64,000 nucleotides of DNA from Octopus vulgaris (GCA_951406725.2 OX597817.1:5270001-5334000), one strand, 5' to 3'; positions 39,278 to 54,199 are shown, counted from the first letter of the stretch. Notes: generated by a model from the letters alone, not told the origin. Numbers and translations: made by a program.

Positions 39278-39553
39278 TCCAACTTAGCCTGATTTTTTAT
39301 TTTATTTGCAATTTTTACGATTTTACAATTTCACAATATTGAAATAAACTTGTACTTCCATGCATTAAACAATCAACGGGTTTATGTAGTGACCGTCATC
39401 TTTCACAATTGACATAGTTCCCCAATTGCGAAGCACGACTGTCACTGCATAAAACTCGTGATTGTGTGATGCATGGAAGTACTAATATATTTCCTTATTG
39501 AAAAAATTGTAAATATTGCAAATAGTAAAATTTGAAAATCAGACTAATCTGGA
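39278..39553. repeat. Degenerate foldback (palindromic MITE-like) element
   Basis: Paired blocks tccaacttagcctgattt/aaatcagactaatctgga, gtacttccatgcat/atgcatggaagtac, tttatgtagtgac/gtcactgcataaa, centred on caattg-acatagttccc-caattg. Confidence 0.7.
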
Positions 39554-39586
39554 GTCTCTTCGATTAATATATAGTCATACAAACTC

Positions 39587-39666
<80 letters not shown>

Positions 39667-39806
39667 GCATACATATACATATATATGTATCCTTATACAT
39701 ATATATATATATATATACATGCACACATATATATATATATATTCATATACATATATATACACGCATACATATATATACATGCACATATATATATATATAT
39801 ATATAT

Positions 39807-42313
39807 CATATACGAATGAGTTTTTCTTGTCCCAACTTGTCCTTGCACCAACAAGACATCAGAACATTTTGGACCTAGTGTTTAGTAACCACACTAACAC
39901 TATACATAACGTTACAGTGGAAAAAACCCTTCTTTCAGACCATGACATGGTTCTCTGTAACATGAAATTCCACCAGCCGAAAGCTAATCCTAGTGACCTC
40001 CCTCCAGCCCACCCATTTGACAACATGGATCCCCATAATGCCAACTGGGGTGCAATCAGGAACGAGCTATCACATGTTGACTGGTCCTTTACACATACAC
40101 ACATCTCCACCAACCATAAAACATCTTGGCAGATCTTTGTAGACACCGTCACAGACATATGTGCAAAACACTCCCCAACAAGACCTGTGAACAAAAAGTG
40201 CAGAATCCCCCAAAACAGAAAAACCATTATCAGAAAAATAAAAAGAACAAACAAAAAAATTAACAAACTAAAGTACTGCCAACAGCAACACACACATTCG
40301 ACGGCTATCTCACTGCTTGAATCCAAAAAATATAACCTCCAACAATGCATGAAGACCCTCATCAATAACCAAAGATCAGCTGAGGAGAAGTGGGCCATTG
40401 AAAAAATCAAACTCAACCCCAAAGTGTTCTTTTCATTTGCGAGGAAACGCAGGGTCACTGTCTCCATTGTTGGCCCTCCAATTGATGAAACTGGCACTCT
40501 CCAAGATAACGCCAAATCCATGGCCGAGATACTGCAGAAACAATACTGCTCTGTTTTCAGCAATCCTGATATGGCCGATCTGGGATGTATCAGTGATGTC
40601 AACCCCCAACACACTATATCGGACATAACGTTTAGTGCCCCTGATGTCTTAGCGGCGATAAACGAAATAAAACACAATTCAGCAGTAGGCCCCGATAGGT
40701 TCCCTGCTTGTGTCCTGAAGGTGTGTCGACACCAACTTGCATCTCCCCTTGCTAATCTGTGGAGAAACTCACTGGATGCTGGCTATATTCCAAAAAACCT
40801 TCTGTCCCAGTCTGTTGTCCCAGTTTTCAAAAAGGGAAACAAGTCCCTTGCAGTGAACTACCGTCCGATCTCACTCACCTCTCATATCATCAAGGTATTT
40901 GAGAGGGTGGTGAGATCTCGAATAACCCAATTTCTGGAAAGCAACAGACGGCTGATCTCCAACCAACATGGGTTCCGTAATGGAAGGGACTGCCTAACGC
41001 AGCTCCTGCATCACTTTGAGGACATTTTGAGAGCTTTGGGAGAGGGCTCCAACACCGATGTCATCTACCTTGATTTCAGTAAGGCCTTCGACAGGGTCGA
41101 TCACAAGATCCTATTGAAAAAACTATCCAACATTGGTGTCTCTGGAAAGTTACTGAAATGGATCAAGTGTTTCCTGACAGACAGATCTCAACATGTTGTA
41201 GTTGAAGGGGTAAAATCAAGCCCAGCCAAAGTCAGTAGTGGCGTTCCGCAAGGCACTGTGCTGGGCCCACTTCTTTTCATCATTTACATTAATGACATTA
41301 ATGACATCATCAAGCACAGCAACATAAAAATCTTTGCAGATGATTCCAAGCTACAGAAGGTCATAAATGAGGCGAGTGACCGGACATGCCTTCAGTCAGA
41401 TCTACTGGCTGTTATCCAATGGGCAGAAAAAAACAATATGCTGCTGAACGAGGATAAATTTGAGTTAATCCACTTTGGAAAAGAGGATGCCCTGAAACTC
41501 CCATACTCCCTTCCTTCAGATGAAACTCTCGCGGCGTCCAACAACATCAGAGACTTGGGAGTAATTGTCGACAACAACATAAGCTGGGCCACTCATATAA
41601 ACACCAAAGTTGACATGGCCCGCAGAATGTGTTCCTGGATTCTCAGAACTTTCCAGTCGAGAGATATCCACACCATTATCCTTCTCTTCTCCACTTTTGC
41701 CCGACCCCACCTTGAATACTGTTGTCCACTGTGGTCTGCCCACACAATACAAGGTATCATAAAAGTTGAAGCACCTCAAAGGGCAATCACAAAAAAGATA
41801 GATGGCATGACAGGCCTCGACTATTGGGGTCGACTAGAAAAGCTAAAACTCTATTCTCTCCAACGTCGTCGTGAGCGCTACATCATCTGCATGATGTGGA
41901 AAATATTCCGTCAGCATTGCCCAAATGATGTAGGCATCACCTTTAAGGTACATCCAAGGCTTGGGCCCCGTGCCATCCGCCCAAAACAAAAATCGCACTC
42001 TCATCTCATAACAACAATACGGCACAATTATTTCACCTCAATTGGCCCCGCTCTCTTTAAGATTACACCAAAACTCATTAAAACAGAAACTGACCCTATA
42101 GGGTTCAAGACGTCTTTGGACAGATTCCTTCAAGAAATCCCGGATAAACCCCCTACACCCGGATATGTCTCTGTAAACAATAACTCTCTACTTGAGTGGG
42201 CCATAGTGCCCAAATTCTGACTTGACAGACTTCACCAGGTGGTGCTATTAAGTTAGACATGGCCTGGGCCAATAATGGGCCGAAACCTATCAAAGTATCA
42301 AAGTATCAAAGTA
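39807..42313 (+). mobile_element. Young LINE insertion in (TA)n with (TATCAAAG)n tail
   Basis: TA-rich microsatellite on both sides; 3' UTR ggtggtgc..catggcctgggcc..gggccgaaacc followed by tatcaaag x3. Confidence 0.92.
39812..42220 (+). CDS. CR1/L2-group LINE ORF2 (C-terminal part of APE endonuclease plus reverse transcriptase), 5'-truncated but uninterrupted
   Basis: [21 protein letters not shown] (APE), [67 protein letters not shown]. The track ATG at 39665 comes from the microsatellite. Confidence 0.95.
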   Translation, partial: TNEFFLSQLVLAPTRHQNILDLVFSNHTNTIHNVTVEKTLLSDHDMVLCNMKFHQPKANPSDLPPAHPFDNMDPHNANWGAIRNELSHVDWSFTHTHISTNHKTSWQIFVDTVTDICAKHSPTRPVNKKCRIPQNRKTIIRKIKRTNKKINKLKYCQQQHTHSTAISLLESKKYNLQQCMKTLINNQRSAEEKWAIEKIKLNPKVFFSFARKRRVTVSIVGPPIDETGTLQDNAKSMAEILQKQYCSVFSNPDMADLGCISDVNPQHTISDITFSAPDVLAAINEIKHNSAVGPDRFPACVLKVCRHQLASPLANLWRNSLDAGYIPKNLLSQSVVPVFKKGNKSLAVNYRPISLTSHIIKVFERVVRSRITQFLESNRRLISNQHGFRNGRDCLTQLLHHFEDILRALGEGSNTDVIYLDFSKAFDRVDHKILLKKLSNIGVSGKLLKWIKCFLTDRSQHVVVEGVKSSPAKVSSGVPQGTVLGPLLFIIYINDINDIIKHSNIKIFADDSKLQKVINEASDRTCLQSDLLAVIQWAEKNNMLLNEDKFELIHFGKEDALKLPYSLPSDETLAASNNIRDLGVIVDNNISWATHINTKVDMARRMCSWILRTFQSRDIHTIILLFSTFARPHLEYCCPLWSAHTIQGIIKVEAPQRAITKKIDGMTGLDYWGRLEKLKLYSLQRRRERYIICMMWKIFRQHCPNDVGITFKVHPRLGPRAIRPKQKSHSHLITTIRHNYFTSIGPALFKITPKLIKTETDPIGFKTSLDRFLQEIPDKPPTPGYVSVNNNSLLEWAIVPKF

Positions 42314-42474
42314 TATATACATATATATATATACGTATACATATATATATACATACATATACATGTATATATAACATATATACATATATATATATACATA
42401 TACTACATATACATATACATATATATATACATATACATATACATATATATATATACATATATATATACATATAT

Positions 42475-42533
<59 letters not shown>

Positions 42534-42816
42534 TACGTATACATATACATATATATATACATATACATATATATATATATACATATACATATATACATAT
42601 ATATATACATATACATATATATATATATACATACCTATATATATATATATATACATATATATACATATATATATATACATATATATATGCATATATTTAC
42701 ATACATATATATATATATATACACATATATATATATATGCATATATATATACATGTATATATATATACATATATATACATATATACATATACATATATAT
42801 ATTTAAAGAGAGAGAG

Positions 42817-42888
<72 letters not shown>

Positions 42889-42890
42889 TG
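42314..42890. repeat. (TA/CATA)n then (GATA)n microsatellite
   Basis: Directly visible. Confidence 0.95.
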
Positions 42891-44662
42891 ATTATATATC
42901 TGTATTATATATGTATACATATTTACACATATATGTATGTGAATCTGTGGGTCTGTGGTTCAGTCTCTGCTTCTGTGTGTGTATGTGCCCGTGTGTGTAT
43001 GTGTGCGTGTGTGCTTGTCTGTGTGTGTGCGTGTGTGTGTGTACGTTGTACTGAAAATATGTGGGTTTTAATTTAATCTTTTTTATGAAGGATTTTTTCA
43101 TGTCTGCTCATCAGATTCCCATAGAATTTGTAACAATAATCAACTGACTTTATCTTCATGAACCATTTTCGACTATCTCAGTCGCATCTTCGTGATTTGA
43201 AGTGGTTCTGGCGTCTGTGCAGCCTTTTCTATAGTCAGCAATTTATATTTATACTTAGAACATACATTTGTCTTAACGGAGAAACATTCACTGCGATATA
43301 CGTATGTATGTATTTATGTATGTATGTACGTATTTATGTATTATGTATATTTGTATTTCTTTATGTATTATGTATGTATGTATGAACATATGTATGTACG
43401 CATGTATGCATGGATGTGTGTATGTATCTATGTGTGTATATATACATACATTTAGAGATAGAGATAGAGTGAGAGACAGACAGACAGACAAATAGCTTGA
43501 ATGATTGCTTGAAAGATAGATGAATAGATAGATAGATTGATTGATAAAGAGATATATGTCTATATACATATATACATACATATGTATAAATAAATAATTA
43601 TATATATATGCATACATATATATATATATATATACATATATTCACATATATATAGAGAGAGACTGATAGAGAGATAGACAGGTACATACACACACACATA
43701 TATAACACAAAAAATGCGCGAACATAATTTCCCCGCCGACACAATATTCCAGACGAATACACATACGCATAAACTCGATAAACAAGTAGGTAAGACCATT
43801 AAAGTTATACACCAGGGAATTACAGTGTCACTTCATTAAAAGAATTTCTCAATATCGTAGAAGAAAGAAACGAAATATTCCAAATTATCCTACATATAGA
43901 CATTTTTGCTATTATCTTATTTTTTACTACCACCAACAATTGAAATTATATTAAATATGTAAGCAAATACCACAAAATAATGCTAACCATGATAGTAAAA
44001 TCTTCAAGTAACTTATACTCAGAAATTAGCTCTGTGCTGCACACAAGTCTGTTCATGTAAACAAAATGCAATAGTCGTAGGTACTCCCTTCGGGCTCAAA
44101 ACTACCATGGTTAACCTAACTACAATACAAAACAAATAATATTCAAACACAAATATATAATATACGCACTACTTATGCGACAATATATAATGTGTAATAG
44201 ACACATTAAAAAGCATTGAGACATTAAAGGAGGAACTGGAGAATAATTCTTTATCAAAATTCAACACACAAATAATACGACTATTTCTAAATTTAAACAT
44301 TTGGATTAAAAGATATACATAAATTACTTCAGTTTACAGAATAGCTCCAACACAAATGCATATACCTGCATGGTGATAGTAAATATTCACATTGCTACAA
44401 AACGCAGAAGTATAGTCACCACTTAGTCGTACATTTGTATCTTCTTGCATTTCATGGGATATCGCCAACGCTAAGAAACAATGGATATTCAAATAGACTT
44501 ATGGATGAAGTTGCTGATGAATAGAGATTAATGCAGACAGATATTTAGGACGATGGTTGTCAAGATTGTAAAAGATAAAGAACAAGAACACACTAAGAAC
44601 TAAACTCGTATGATATAAATTTAAAATCGATTGAAAAATAAAAACTGTTATATATAAAAAAT

Positions 44663-45059
44663 CTAGCAGTATCGCCCGGCGTTGCTCGGGTTTGTAAGGG
44701 AAATAACTATATAAGCATTTTTAGAGATGTAAAGTATAATAGCCATCTCAATATGGCTAACCACAAAGGGGGAGTGTTACTGTAACTTTTTACGTTCTGA
44801 GATTTAATAATAAATATTTAGAGAGTTACTTCCCTTATATATGCCAAAAATGCATTAAAAATGGGAAAAATTGATGGTAAATTATTTTTTAAAGTCGTAG
44901 ACTCATCGTAGACGTGCGCTAATACCCAGAAGGGCTCGATATGAATCACGACTATAAGATACCCGGTTTTGGTTAAACTGCACCTCAAAATGTGGGAGTA
45001 GTTAGGAATCTAAATTGTAGGAGACAGACAGCACAGAACCTCACTTTTATATATAAAGA
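44663..45059 (-). mobile_element. Non-autonomous Helitron (same family as 28761-29153)
   Basis: ctagcagtatcgcccggcgttgctcgggtttgtaagggaaataactat ... ttttatatataaaga. Confidence 0.87.
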
Positions 45060-45402
45060 TAAATAAAACGAAGTTAGGCAATGTTATCAATTTGGTTCAA
45101 TCTTGTACATTCGCCATTCTTTCCTCTTTTTATGTGCGAAAGATACAATACGGTTCTGCTCGAAGAATCCAGTGCCTATAATGTAGGGAGTTCGTATGTT
45201 ACTAAAGTCAGCGGCTGAGACTGTGAAACAAGTCACGGTTTTACTCCTGTGACACAACGTCAGATTTCATAGGAGATGAGACTCAACGTAGAAGTTCTAT
45301 CCTGCTATGAAACCAATGATATACAGACTTTACTTTCCATCCCACGTGTCTCCAGCTGTTCTGTTTAGTCCATTATGTCTTTCTATAGTGTGTATCCGTG
45401 AA

Positions 45403-45706
45403 GGCGCATGGCTCAGCGGTTACAGCGCCGAATTTACGACCGGGATGCGTGTTGTGTACTTGAACAAGACACTTTATTTCACGTCGCTCCAGTTCACTCA
45501 GCTGTAGAAATGAGTTGTGACGTCACAGGTGACAAGCTGCATCTGGCTCTTGCCTTCCCCTTGGATAACATCGGTGGCATGGAGAGGGGAGTCTGGTATG
45601 CATGGGCGTCTGCTGGCCTTCCATAAACTAACTTGGCGGGACTTGTGCCTCGGAGGGTTACTTTCTAGGTGCAATCCCATGGTCATTCGTGATCGAACAG
45701 AGTCTC
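45403..45706 (+). mobile_element. SINE family B (B-box region deleted)
   Basis: ggcgcatggctcagcggttacagcg...cacgtcgctccagttcactcagctgtagaaatgagttg...ctaggtgcaatcccatggtcattc. Confidence 0.85.
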
Positions 45707-47805
45707 CGGGTGTGTATCCTTATCTGCGCACGAATTTGCGTCTGTATCTGTGCGTGTCTGTTTGCGCTTTTCTATGTTTTGTATGACTGTTTTGCGTGTG
45801 TATATGAGTTTGCTTCCTATACCTATTGTATCCGTACCCTTTATATATTTAAATATTTTGTATTTATTTCTTTATTCAGGTCATTCATTTACGTATTTAT
45901 CCTTTGTAATCTAAGTGTCACGTCTGTTTTATGCCTTGATAGTAACTTAACATCTATGTTATTAATCGACACTCAATATTCTAATTCAGCGTGTTAGCAC
46001 AGCACCGACGAGAGTTTCTCCTCTTTCAATATCCGCCAGTATACATGTATCCGCCTCCCTATACTACGTGCCGTCTCACCATTGTAAGTTGTTGTCTTTT
46101 TCTGCACCACCCCTCAGTACACCGTATGCTACAGAATACATTCCTAGTCTTACAATAGGACGAATCCTCAGGCTAATAGACACATAGTAATAGACACACT
46201 GTGATTCGACAGAAAATCTTAATGGAACAATAACACCCTCCGCCACAACACTACACAACATGATGAGTAAAGATCAAATGGGAGAAAACATATGAGACAC
46301 AGATACAAACAGCATAATGCGTGAACCCCTGTACACACACAAAAGACACTCGTACACATGGTTAAAATGAAATGGGAAAAAGAAATAATACAGCGATAAA
46401 TAAGTAAATGAAAAAATAAATAAATCAATGATAATAAAGAAATGAATAAAAGTCACGGATACAAAGAGTATAGTAAGCAAACCCATAAACACATACAAAC
46501 ACACATACAAAACACATAGAGATGGGTACACACACAGGCACGTGCACACGCACGCACACACACAGACGCAAATGTATGCGCAGATAATGATATGCACCAT
46601 AGAAAGACAGAGTGGATTAAACGGAACAGGAGACATGTGGGATGCAAAGTCACTGAAGAGGTCACAGGTGTACGACAACAAAATTTCCAGACAATGGACA
46701 TAAAATAAGAACAGTAATAAACAAGTGAAGAACTAATATATAGTGCGTGTGTTTATTTGGCAAAAAAATGTCCATTCTAAAATATAAACAATATATATAT
46801 ATGTGTGGCTGAATGTATATATCTATATATTCAAGGTGGGGCGTACTGAGAGTAATACGCAGTAAATACCTATTTATACGTGATGAAATATTTGATTAAC
46901 AATGCCTGTTGCCGTTTAAAATGTAATGAGCGAAATAAAAGTAGAATGGGAGAAATAATTAAATAAGAAACTGGAACGAAAGAGACCATATTCTCAACTG
47001 TGTACCTGATAGAATGATCTAAAAAGGGTGATTTTAAAAATATTGGTATATACTTCGTTTCTTTAGTTATTCAGCAAGTTTTTATAATGAGCTTGGTCCT
47101 TATACGATAAAATACGAGATTCGTATTTGAAACAACTTTTATTCAAATAGCTTTTATTCAAAAACACAAACTTTGATACAGTAAAATCACTCTGAGAATT
47201 TTCTAATATCTGGTCTGACAAACGGTTTGAAATTTATGAGTGCTTATGTATGTATGTAGATATCAACACTGAATAGATGTTTAACAAAAGGGAAAACCGA
47301 AAAAGATGTTTCCTAATATTCGGAAATGCAAATCTTACAGTACCCGATAAAATATTCATAAGGACGTGCAAATAAAATTCTATTTGCTGATATAGTTTGC
47401 AGCTCTAGATTTCAGATTTCAGGCAAATGTAAGCAGACTCTTGTCTCCGAAATTACACTAAGAGTGCGAAATTTTGAAACGTACTTTCAAGGAATTCAAA
47501 TTTCACCCAGTATGTCATGTTCAAGTATGCATGTATGTACTTCCGCACTCTTTACGAATATATATATAGTAAGTTTAGAGTTTAAAATTTCTTTTAACTG
47601 GTTTTCATCAATAAGATAAGTCATGTTTTTGTTTTACATTAATATTGTTAAATTTTATTGAATTATTTACTGTTAATATAAATATATATATTTATTGTTT
47701 TATTATAATATCTAAATTTATTTATGTTATTTTTTTTTACCTGACTCATCAATATAGTATAGTTCTTGGCTGGTGTTTTCGGGTGAGTAAAGTCCATGAG
47801 AGTAC

Positions 47806-47855
<50 letters not shown>

Positions 47856-48103
47856 TTTAACCACAGCATTAGAGATTTTTAGCGCTTATTTCTTGCAATG
47901 TAGGCGTTCTAACACACTAGTCATATTTAGTGATGATTATAGTTTTCCTTTTTGGTAACACTTTGCACACGGTAGTCTATATATAATTTTTTTTATATGT
48001 ACGTATGTATAATATATAGGAAGAATGCAAAAAAAAAAGACGAAGACAGGTGGTGTAGACAACAAACAGATGTATTAGTTTAACGCTCAGGAAGTGAAAA
48101 AGT

Positions 48104-48139
48104 CTTTAACGTTTCGAGCCTACGCTCTTTAACAGAAAG
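48104..48139 (-). ncRNA. Minimal hammerhead-like variant, probably inactive, in a short module at 48012-48205
   Basis: Minus strand reads cttt-CTGTTAA-a-gagc-gtag-gctc-GAAA-cg-TT-aaag; stems pair but the core is mutated. The module end (48015-48075) recurs inverted at 18338-18400. Confidence 0.45.
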
Positions 48140-48515
48140 GAACACAGAAAGAAACATAGAGAGAAAATAAGGAATGTCTAGTGGCTAGCGATCTAACATG
48201 GTGAATATATACATGTATATGTGTGTGTGTATATATGTATGTATGTATATATCTATACAGTGGCCGAGATAGAAATGCATTACTATACGTTATTGCAAGG
48301 ATGAATGGAGTAAGAAAGAGGGACATAGAGAAATAAGTGAAATTCATCTGGTATTCGAAACCTCTCATCAATGCAAAATATATTTGAGTCTCAGAATACT
48401 GAATATGTCTTGGAACTAAGAAAGAACTGATCAACATTTCACACACGCACATACACAGGTATCAACATATCTGATTGTACATAGAAATAGATAGATAGGT
48501 ATGTAGGTAGGTAGG

Positions 48516-48595
<80 letters not shown>

Positions 48596-49154
48596 CCCAT
48601 ATACGTAAACAGATGGAATTGAGTATATATATGTATATATATATGCTTATTTATTCATATGTAAATACACATAAATATTTATATACACACATGTGTTTAT
48701 GTGTATGTGTAGGTATGTATAAATATATGTATGCACATAAGTATTTGTCAGCGTACGTCTTTCTACCTAAGTATTTACACAGACACTCAAATATTTCGAA
48801 GTACTATATTATTTATAGATTTCTTTATTCATAGATATAAAGATATTCTTTTCTTATTCATATGTTATTAACTGTCGCTGTCAAACTCTACATTAGAAGA
48901 TACGTCTAAAATATTTGTTTTTGATGGCTCTTAAACATAATCGTTACGTTGTTTTATTTTGGCTTTTGTATTCTTTAAAAAGACGAATTGCACAACAGCT
49001 AACACCTTCCTTAATATTCTACTTACTCGGTATTTCTTAGATAAACTACTACTACTAATACAGCGTATAATACCGCTGCTAATGCTATGACTATTAATGT
49101 TTTGTATACTTCGTTTTTCTAATCCTAATTCTCATTCTTGTTCCACTGTAGTAT

Positions 49155-49587
<433 letters not shown>

Positions 49588-50617
49588 GGAACTAAAACAG
49601 AAACAGCACCTCGTTGCAAAGATGGTAAGATACGACCAAAGAATGAAGGGTTACCACCAGAATACGTTATTCAGAGTAGATCAGAAGAGATTCTATAAAG
49701 AAATAAATGGACAGTGTACAGATGAAATGTTGATACCAGATAACATTGAGAGTCAAAGATTTTGGAGTGACATCTGGAGCAAAGACAAAGAGAACAAGAA
49801 GGATTCTGAATGGTTGCAAGAACTGAAACAAACAGTAGTCTGTCCAAAACAGGCAGAACTAGTCATTTCAGTTAAGGAAGTGAAGGATATCAGCAAAAAA
49901 ATGAGCAACCGGAAGGCCCCGGGACCAGATGAATTTCAAGGCTACTGGATCAAAAAATATACTCTCAACACCTTGTTAAATGCCGACCAAATAACACCAG
50001 AGTGGTTGACATTAGGTAGGACAGTGCTGTGCCTGAAAAACATTGAAAAAGGTAATACGGTAGACAATTACAGGCCGATATCCTGTTTGTCACTTATGTG
50101 GAAGTTATTGAGTGGAATAGTCGAAGAGTCAATGTACAAACATCTGGGAAAAAATGGAGTCCTGCAACATGAGCAGAAGTGTTGCTAGCGTAAGTGCAGA
50201 GATACCAAGGATCAATTCCTGATAGACAAAACTGTACTTAGAGACTGCAAGAGGAGGAAAAGTAACTTATCCATGTCATGGATAGACTATTGTAAGGCGT
50301 ACGATATGATCCCACATTCTTGGATTATGGAGTGTATGAACCTATTTGGTATTGCATCGAATGTAGAGCGATTGCTTGGAAAAAGTATGGCGAATTGGAG
50401 GAGGGACCTGACGGCATACAGAAGAAGCTTAAGGACAGTAGAAATTAGGAGGGTCATCTTCCAAGGGGACAGTCTGTCCCCACTGGTCTTTGTACTGTGC
50501 TTGATACCGTTAACACTGATTCTGAGCAAAGCAAAAGCTGGGTATGTATTCAAAACCCGCCAACAAAAAGTCAACCATTTGTTATTCATGGGTGACTTCA
50601 AACTTTATGGTAAAGAT
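49588..50617 (+). pseudogene. R4/Dong-clade LINE reverse transcriptase fragment
   Basis: QNTLFRVDQKRFYKEI, FWSDIWS, KAPGPD, NYRPISCL, EQKCC*RK..TKDQFLIDK, WIDYCKAYDMIPHSWI, IFQGDSLSPL, NHLLFMGDFKLYGK. Both track ORFs share one frame with a single TAG; catalytic DD changed to GD. Confidence 0.88.
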
Positions 50618-51553
50618 TCTGAAAGTTCACCCTTTCAAAGAATATTATATGATAATGATACAAATAAACACTGCACTGCAGCCATTGAAATAAACTTATT
50701 CACTGTGACTGTGGCTCACACTGCTAAATATGTAAAAATATTAATAATGTCTTTACAAAATCACACCTTGTATAAAAAGACACACTGAATAATATAATCC
50801 TAGGTACAAAATGTCAGGCGAAATAAAAGATAGAATGGGCACGAGTAGAAGATATTTGAACATACACCTGCTCAGTTTGTATTAACATGGTGATTAACAG
50901 GAACGTCAGCATTTGCGTGATTACTCAAATCCCTTCAAATCCCTCTCAACCGTTTTAACATAAAATTACGTTATACTGAACAATATAGTCATACACACTT
51001 TTAAAAACAAACAGCTTAGAGCTGATCTTGTGTTTGCTAAGCATGACTGACCTGCGTCTAGGGCTAAACAACAAAGGTGTGCAATGTTAATCGAAAACTT
51101 AACTTCGTTAAACGTTAATCCGTTAACCAAGAAGTTAACTTCAATAACAGTTAATCAGTTAGTTCTTTAAAAATATGACAAAAGTTATTGATAAACCGTT
51201 AACGCTAATTTTTATTTTAGAAAAAGAAACAAAAATCAGTTTTTGCACTAAATCCACCTAAAAATATCTTTAAAAAGTGACCAAACTATAAAATGTGCTT
51301 TTTGGCCTTTCCTAACGGCTTTAGATCCCCAAAACTATAGTTTTGTCAGTGTTTTTTTTTTTTTTTTTTGCTTTAGACTGTTAGATTCTTTAAATGCTGA
51401 ATTTATAGTTTTAATTTGTAAGAGATCTAAAATGGCTGATTTCATAATTTAAACTTTTTTAAGGTTTTTACAAGCATTTAGAGCCAGGAAAGGGTATTAA
51501 AAAATAAATAAAACAATATTAGCATTAAACTAAAAAGGTTTATTGATAACGAA

Positions 51554-51910
51554 GGAGTGGCTGTGTGGTAAGTAGTTTACTTACCAGCCACATGGTTTTG
51601 GGTTCAGTCCCACTGCGTGGCAAGTTGGGCAAGTGTCTTCTACTATAGCCTCGGGCCGACCAAAGGCTTGTGAGTGGATTTGGTAGACGGAAGCTGAAAG
51701 AAGCGCGTCGTATATGTATGTATATGTGTTTGTGTGTCTGTGTTTGTCACCCCAACATCGCTTGACAACCGATGCTGGTGTGTTTCTGTCCCCGTAGTTT
51801 AACGGCTCGGCAACAGAGACTTATAGAATAAGTACTAGGGTTCGATTTGCTCGACTAAAAGGCGGTGCACCAGCATGGCCGCAGTCAAAGGACTGAAACA
51901 AGTAAAAGAA
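51554..51910 (+). mobile_element. SINE family A nested in the hAT element
   Basis: Colinear with 25806-26207. Confidence 0.9.
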
Positions 51911-52490
51911 TAAAATAATAAAGTGACCGTAAACATTTTTTTTAAATGAAAAACATAATGTATGCATAATTAATTTTTTGTTACTCTCGTTCTCCATTTT
52001 GCTCTTGAGATGCATGTTGTCCTTCATAAAAATTAGCATGCGCACAGAGACAGAGGTGGAGTTGAACCACGTCATGTTGGGAACCACCAGCCTCTTCCCC
52101 ACCACAGTGTAGATCCTGTCTGCTGTCACACTACTGCGATCTTGCTGGTTCCAGAGGGCACGTGCCTTGGCCATGGCAGCCCTGTAGGTTCTCTTGAAAA
52201 CTGCACTCTTTTTACCCCTTTCTAGCTCTAAAAGCCTTTAAAAACCTTTAAAAAAAGGCAAAGCTAGGAAATCAGTCTTTTTTAGGTCTTTTAAAAGTTA
52301 AAACTATAAGATCAGCATTTTTTAACTCTAAAGCAAAAGAACAAAAAATTATAGCTTTGGGATTCTAAAAAGCCCAAAAAGGTCTTTTTAAGTGGTTTTA
52401 GAGCAAAAACTAATTATTTTTTCTATAATAAAAATTAAGGTTTACGCTTTATCGATAACTTCTGCTATATTTTTTTTTTTTAATCAACTG

Positions 52491-52685
52491 GGATCATCAC
52501 CAGCAACATGATTCTCAGTAACTACAACAACAACAACAGCTGAAACAGTTCCCTATAGACCGACATTGTATTGTAAACTTTTCTCTGGTAATATCTCTAG
52601 TGTCACTGCATCTGATAAAACCAATTTTTATGTTATTATCTGGAGAAAAGCTGTCTCTGTAATTCACTGATGGTTACTATGTCTG
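52491..52685 (+). repeat. Local duplicate of 54554-54812
   Basis: Shared catgattctcag..gctgaaaca..ccctatagaccgacattgt..ctggagaaaagctgtctctgtaattca..gatggttactatgtctg. Confidence 0.92.
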
Positions 52686-53473
52686 GGATATTTCTAGTTT
52701 GCGTCACTGTTTACAAATTTGTTCCAAATGTTTTCAAATTTAGTATATGGATTAAGTGTTGTATACTAATTATGAAAATGAAATTCATTTTTCCTATATA
52801 AATTCCTAATTGAAAAGCTATTAACCTTTAAAATTTGCAAAATTTGGGCATTTTAGTCCAGAGAAGCGAGTATTTGACACATCTGTTTCCATGGTAACCA
52901 AACGCGAGTATTTTACATAGTTCCTATAGTAATCAAAGATGCTACGCATGCGGACAAGGAGTGTCGGAAACAAACGCCGGTGTGGGACACATCGTTCCAT
53001 GGTTGACTGTTATAATTGTGAATTTGTGTGGAGAAGGAGATATGTGAAAGATAATTTATTTAATAAAATCCTAGAGTGTATTGCAAACTTTCGTTCTTGA
53101 AATTTTTCAACGAACGTCTGCTTTAAAATATTTAATTTGCTCGCGAATGTTTTAATGCTAACTTTGCTCGTGTATATTTTAATGTTTGGCTGTTATTTCT
53201 AGCAACTCCTATTGGTTTGTTTCCTGTAGCTAGTTTAATGTTTTGACATACCGATGCCCCACACCCTGATAATGGAAGAGGCAGCGAACACGCTGTTTTC
53301 TGATAGGTTGAAAATTCTGAAAATTATCAAACTTTGAACACCGATAACATTTTAGCACATTTTTTCTGGAAGAAATGAAGGACAAATTTGGATTCATCAA
53401 AGATTACATCTATATGATATATATTTTTTTTTTTAATGGTAATTGTAAACAGTGACGAAAACCACAAAGATCC
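52686..53473. mobile_element. GGATC-ended non-autonomous DNA transposon (family of 32627-33227, opposite orientation)
   Basis: Ends ggatatttctagtttgcgtcactgtttacaa / ttgtaaacagtgacgaaaaccacaaagatcc. Confidence 0.8.
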
Positions 53474-54199
53474 ATTAACTGATTAACTGAAGTTAAATGT
53501 AACGGAAGTTAATTAGTCAGACAATGATTTCCAAAGTTAACTTAAAAGTTAAATCATTAAGTGTTTACTTCATTAATTAACGTTTAACGGATTAACAGTT
53601 TGGTGCTCAGGTTTGCTAAACAACAATTAGAATGACCCATGAGATTAGTCAAATATATCGTAAAAAAATATAGTCCGGCGTCACATGAACGCCAAAGAGT
53701 GTTGACATGTTTGCGTTGGACATCACCTTGTATAGAACTTATTACAACTGCCAAATGCCTCAGAAGGCATATGTTAAAATCCATAAAACCAGCGAATACA
53801 TAAATCCATCACTTGAATTTATTGCTCTTTTCTGAAAACGATAAACACTACAAAAATATACGACAATACGGGAAAGAGCACTACTGTCAGTTGTTATTGT
53901 TATATTCAGGTCGATCATGACTCAGCAAATATATTATCAAAAGCATTCCAGTCGTAAACCATTCTGTTTCATATTTCCTATATGAAGACCTACATTTTAC
54001 AATGTATCATTCCCTTTACAGGGCGGTGAGGTATTATTTCAGTGAAATTAGCTGCTATTTCGAGCAGGTTGAGTAATCCAGTAAAAACACATTTTGCTTC
54101 TATTTGTCCTTGCTATTGTTGATCAATAACAAGAAAGAAGACAATATCAATAGTCGTTATACGGTATAGCGATTCATTCGCAAGCAAGATATACAAAAA

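Larger units (their letters stand above)
51072..53615 (-). mobile_element. Internally deleted hAT transposon with perfect 8-bp TSD and nested insertions
   Basis: TSD CTAAACAA at 51064-51071 and 53616-53623; imperfect 12-bp TIRs caaaggtgtgca/caaacctgagca; subterminal GTTAA arrays; transposase scrap 52050-52205 VFKRTYRAAMAKARALWNQQDRSS..KRLVVPNMTWFNS (TRWNS-like). Confidence 0.85.

Noticed and set aside
39665-39811. N-terminal extension of the 851-aa ORF
   Set aside because: The ATG and first ~49 codons come from the flanking TA/CA microsatellite, not from the LINE
39859-40677. 272-aa antisense ORF (also 35261-35734 and 50287-50601)
   Set aside because: Shadow frames opposite LINE ORF2 with no recognisable motifs
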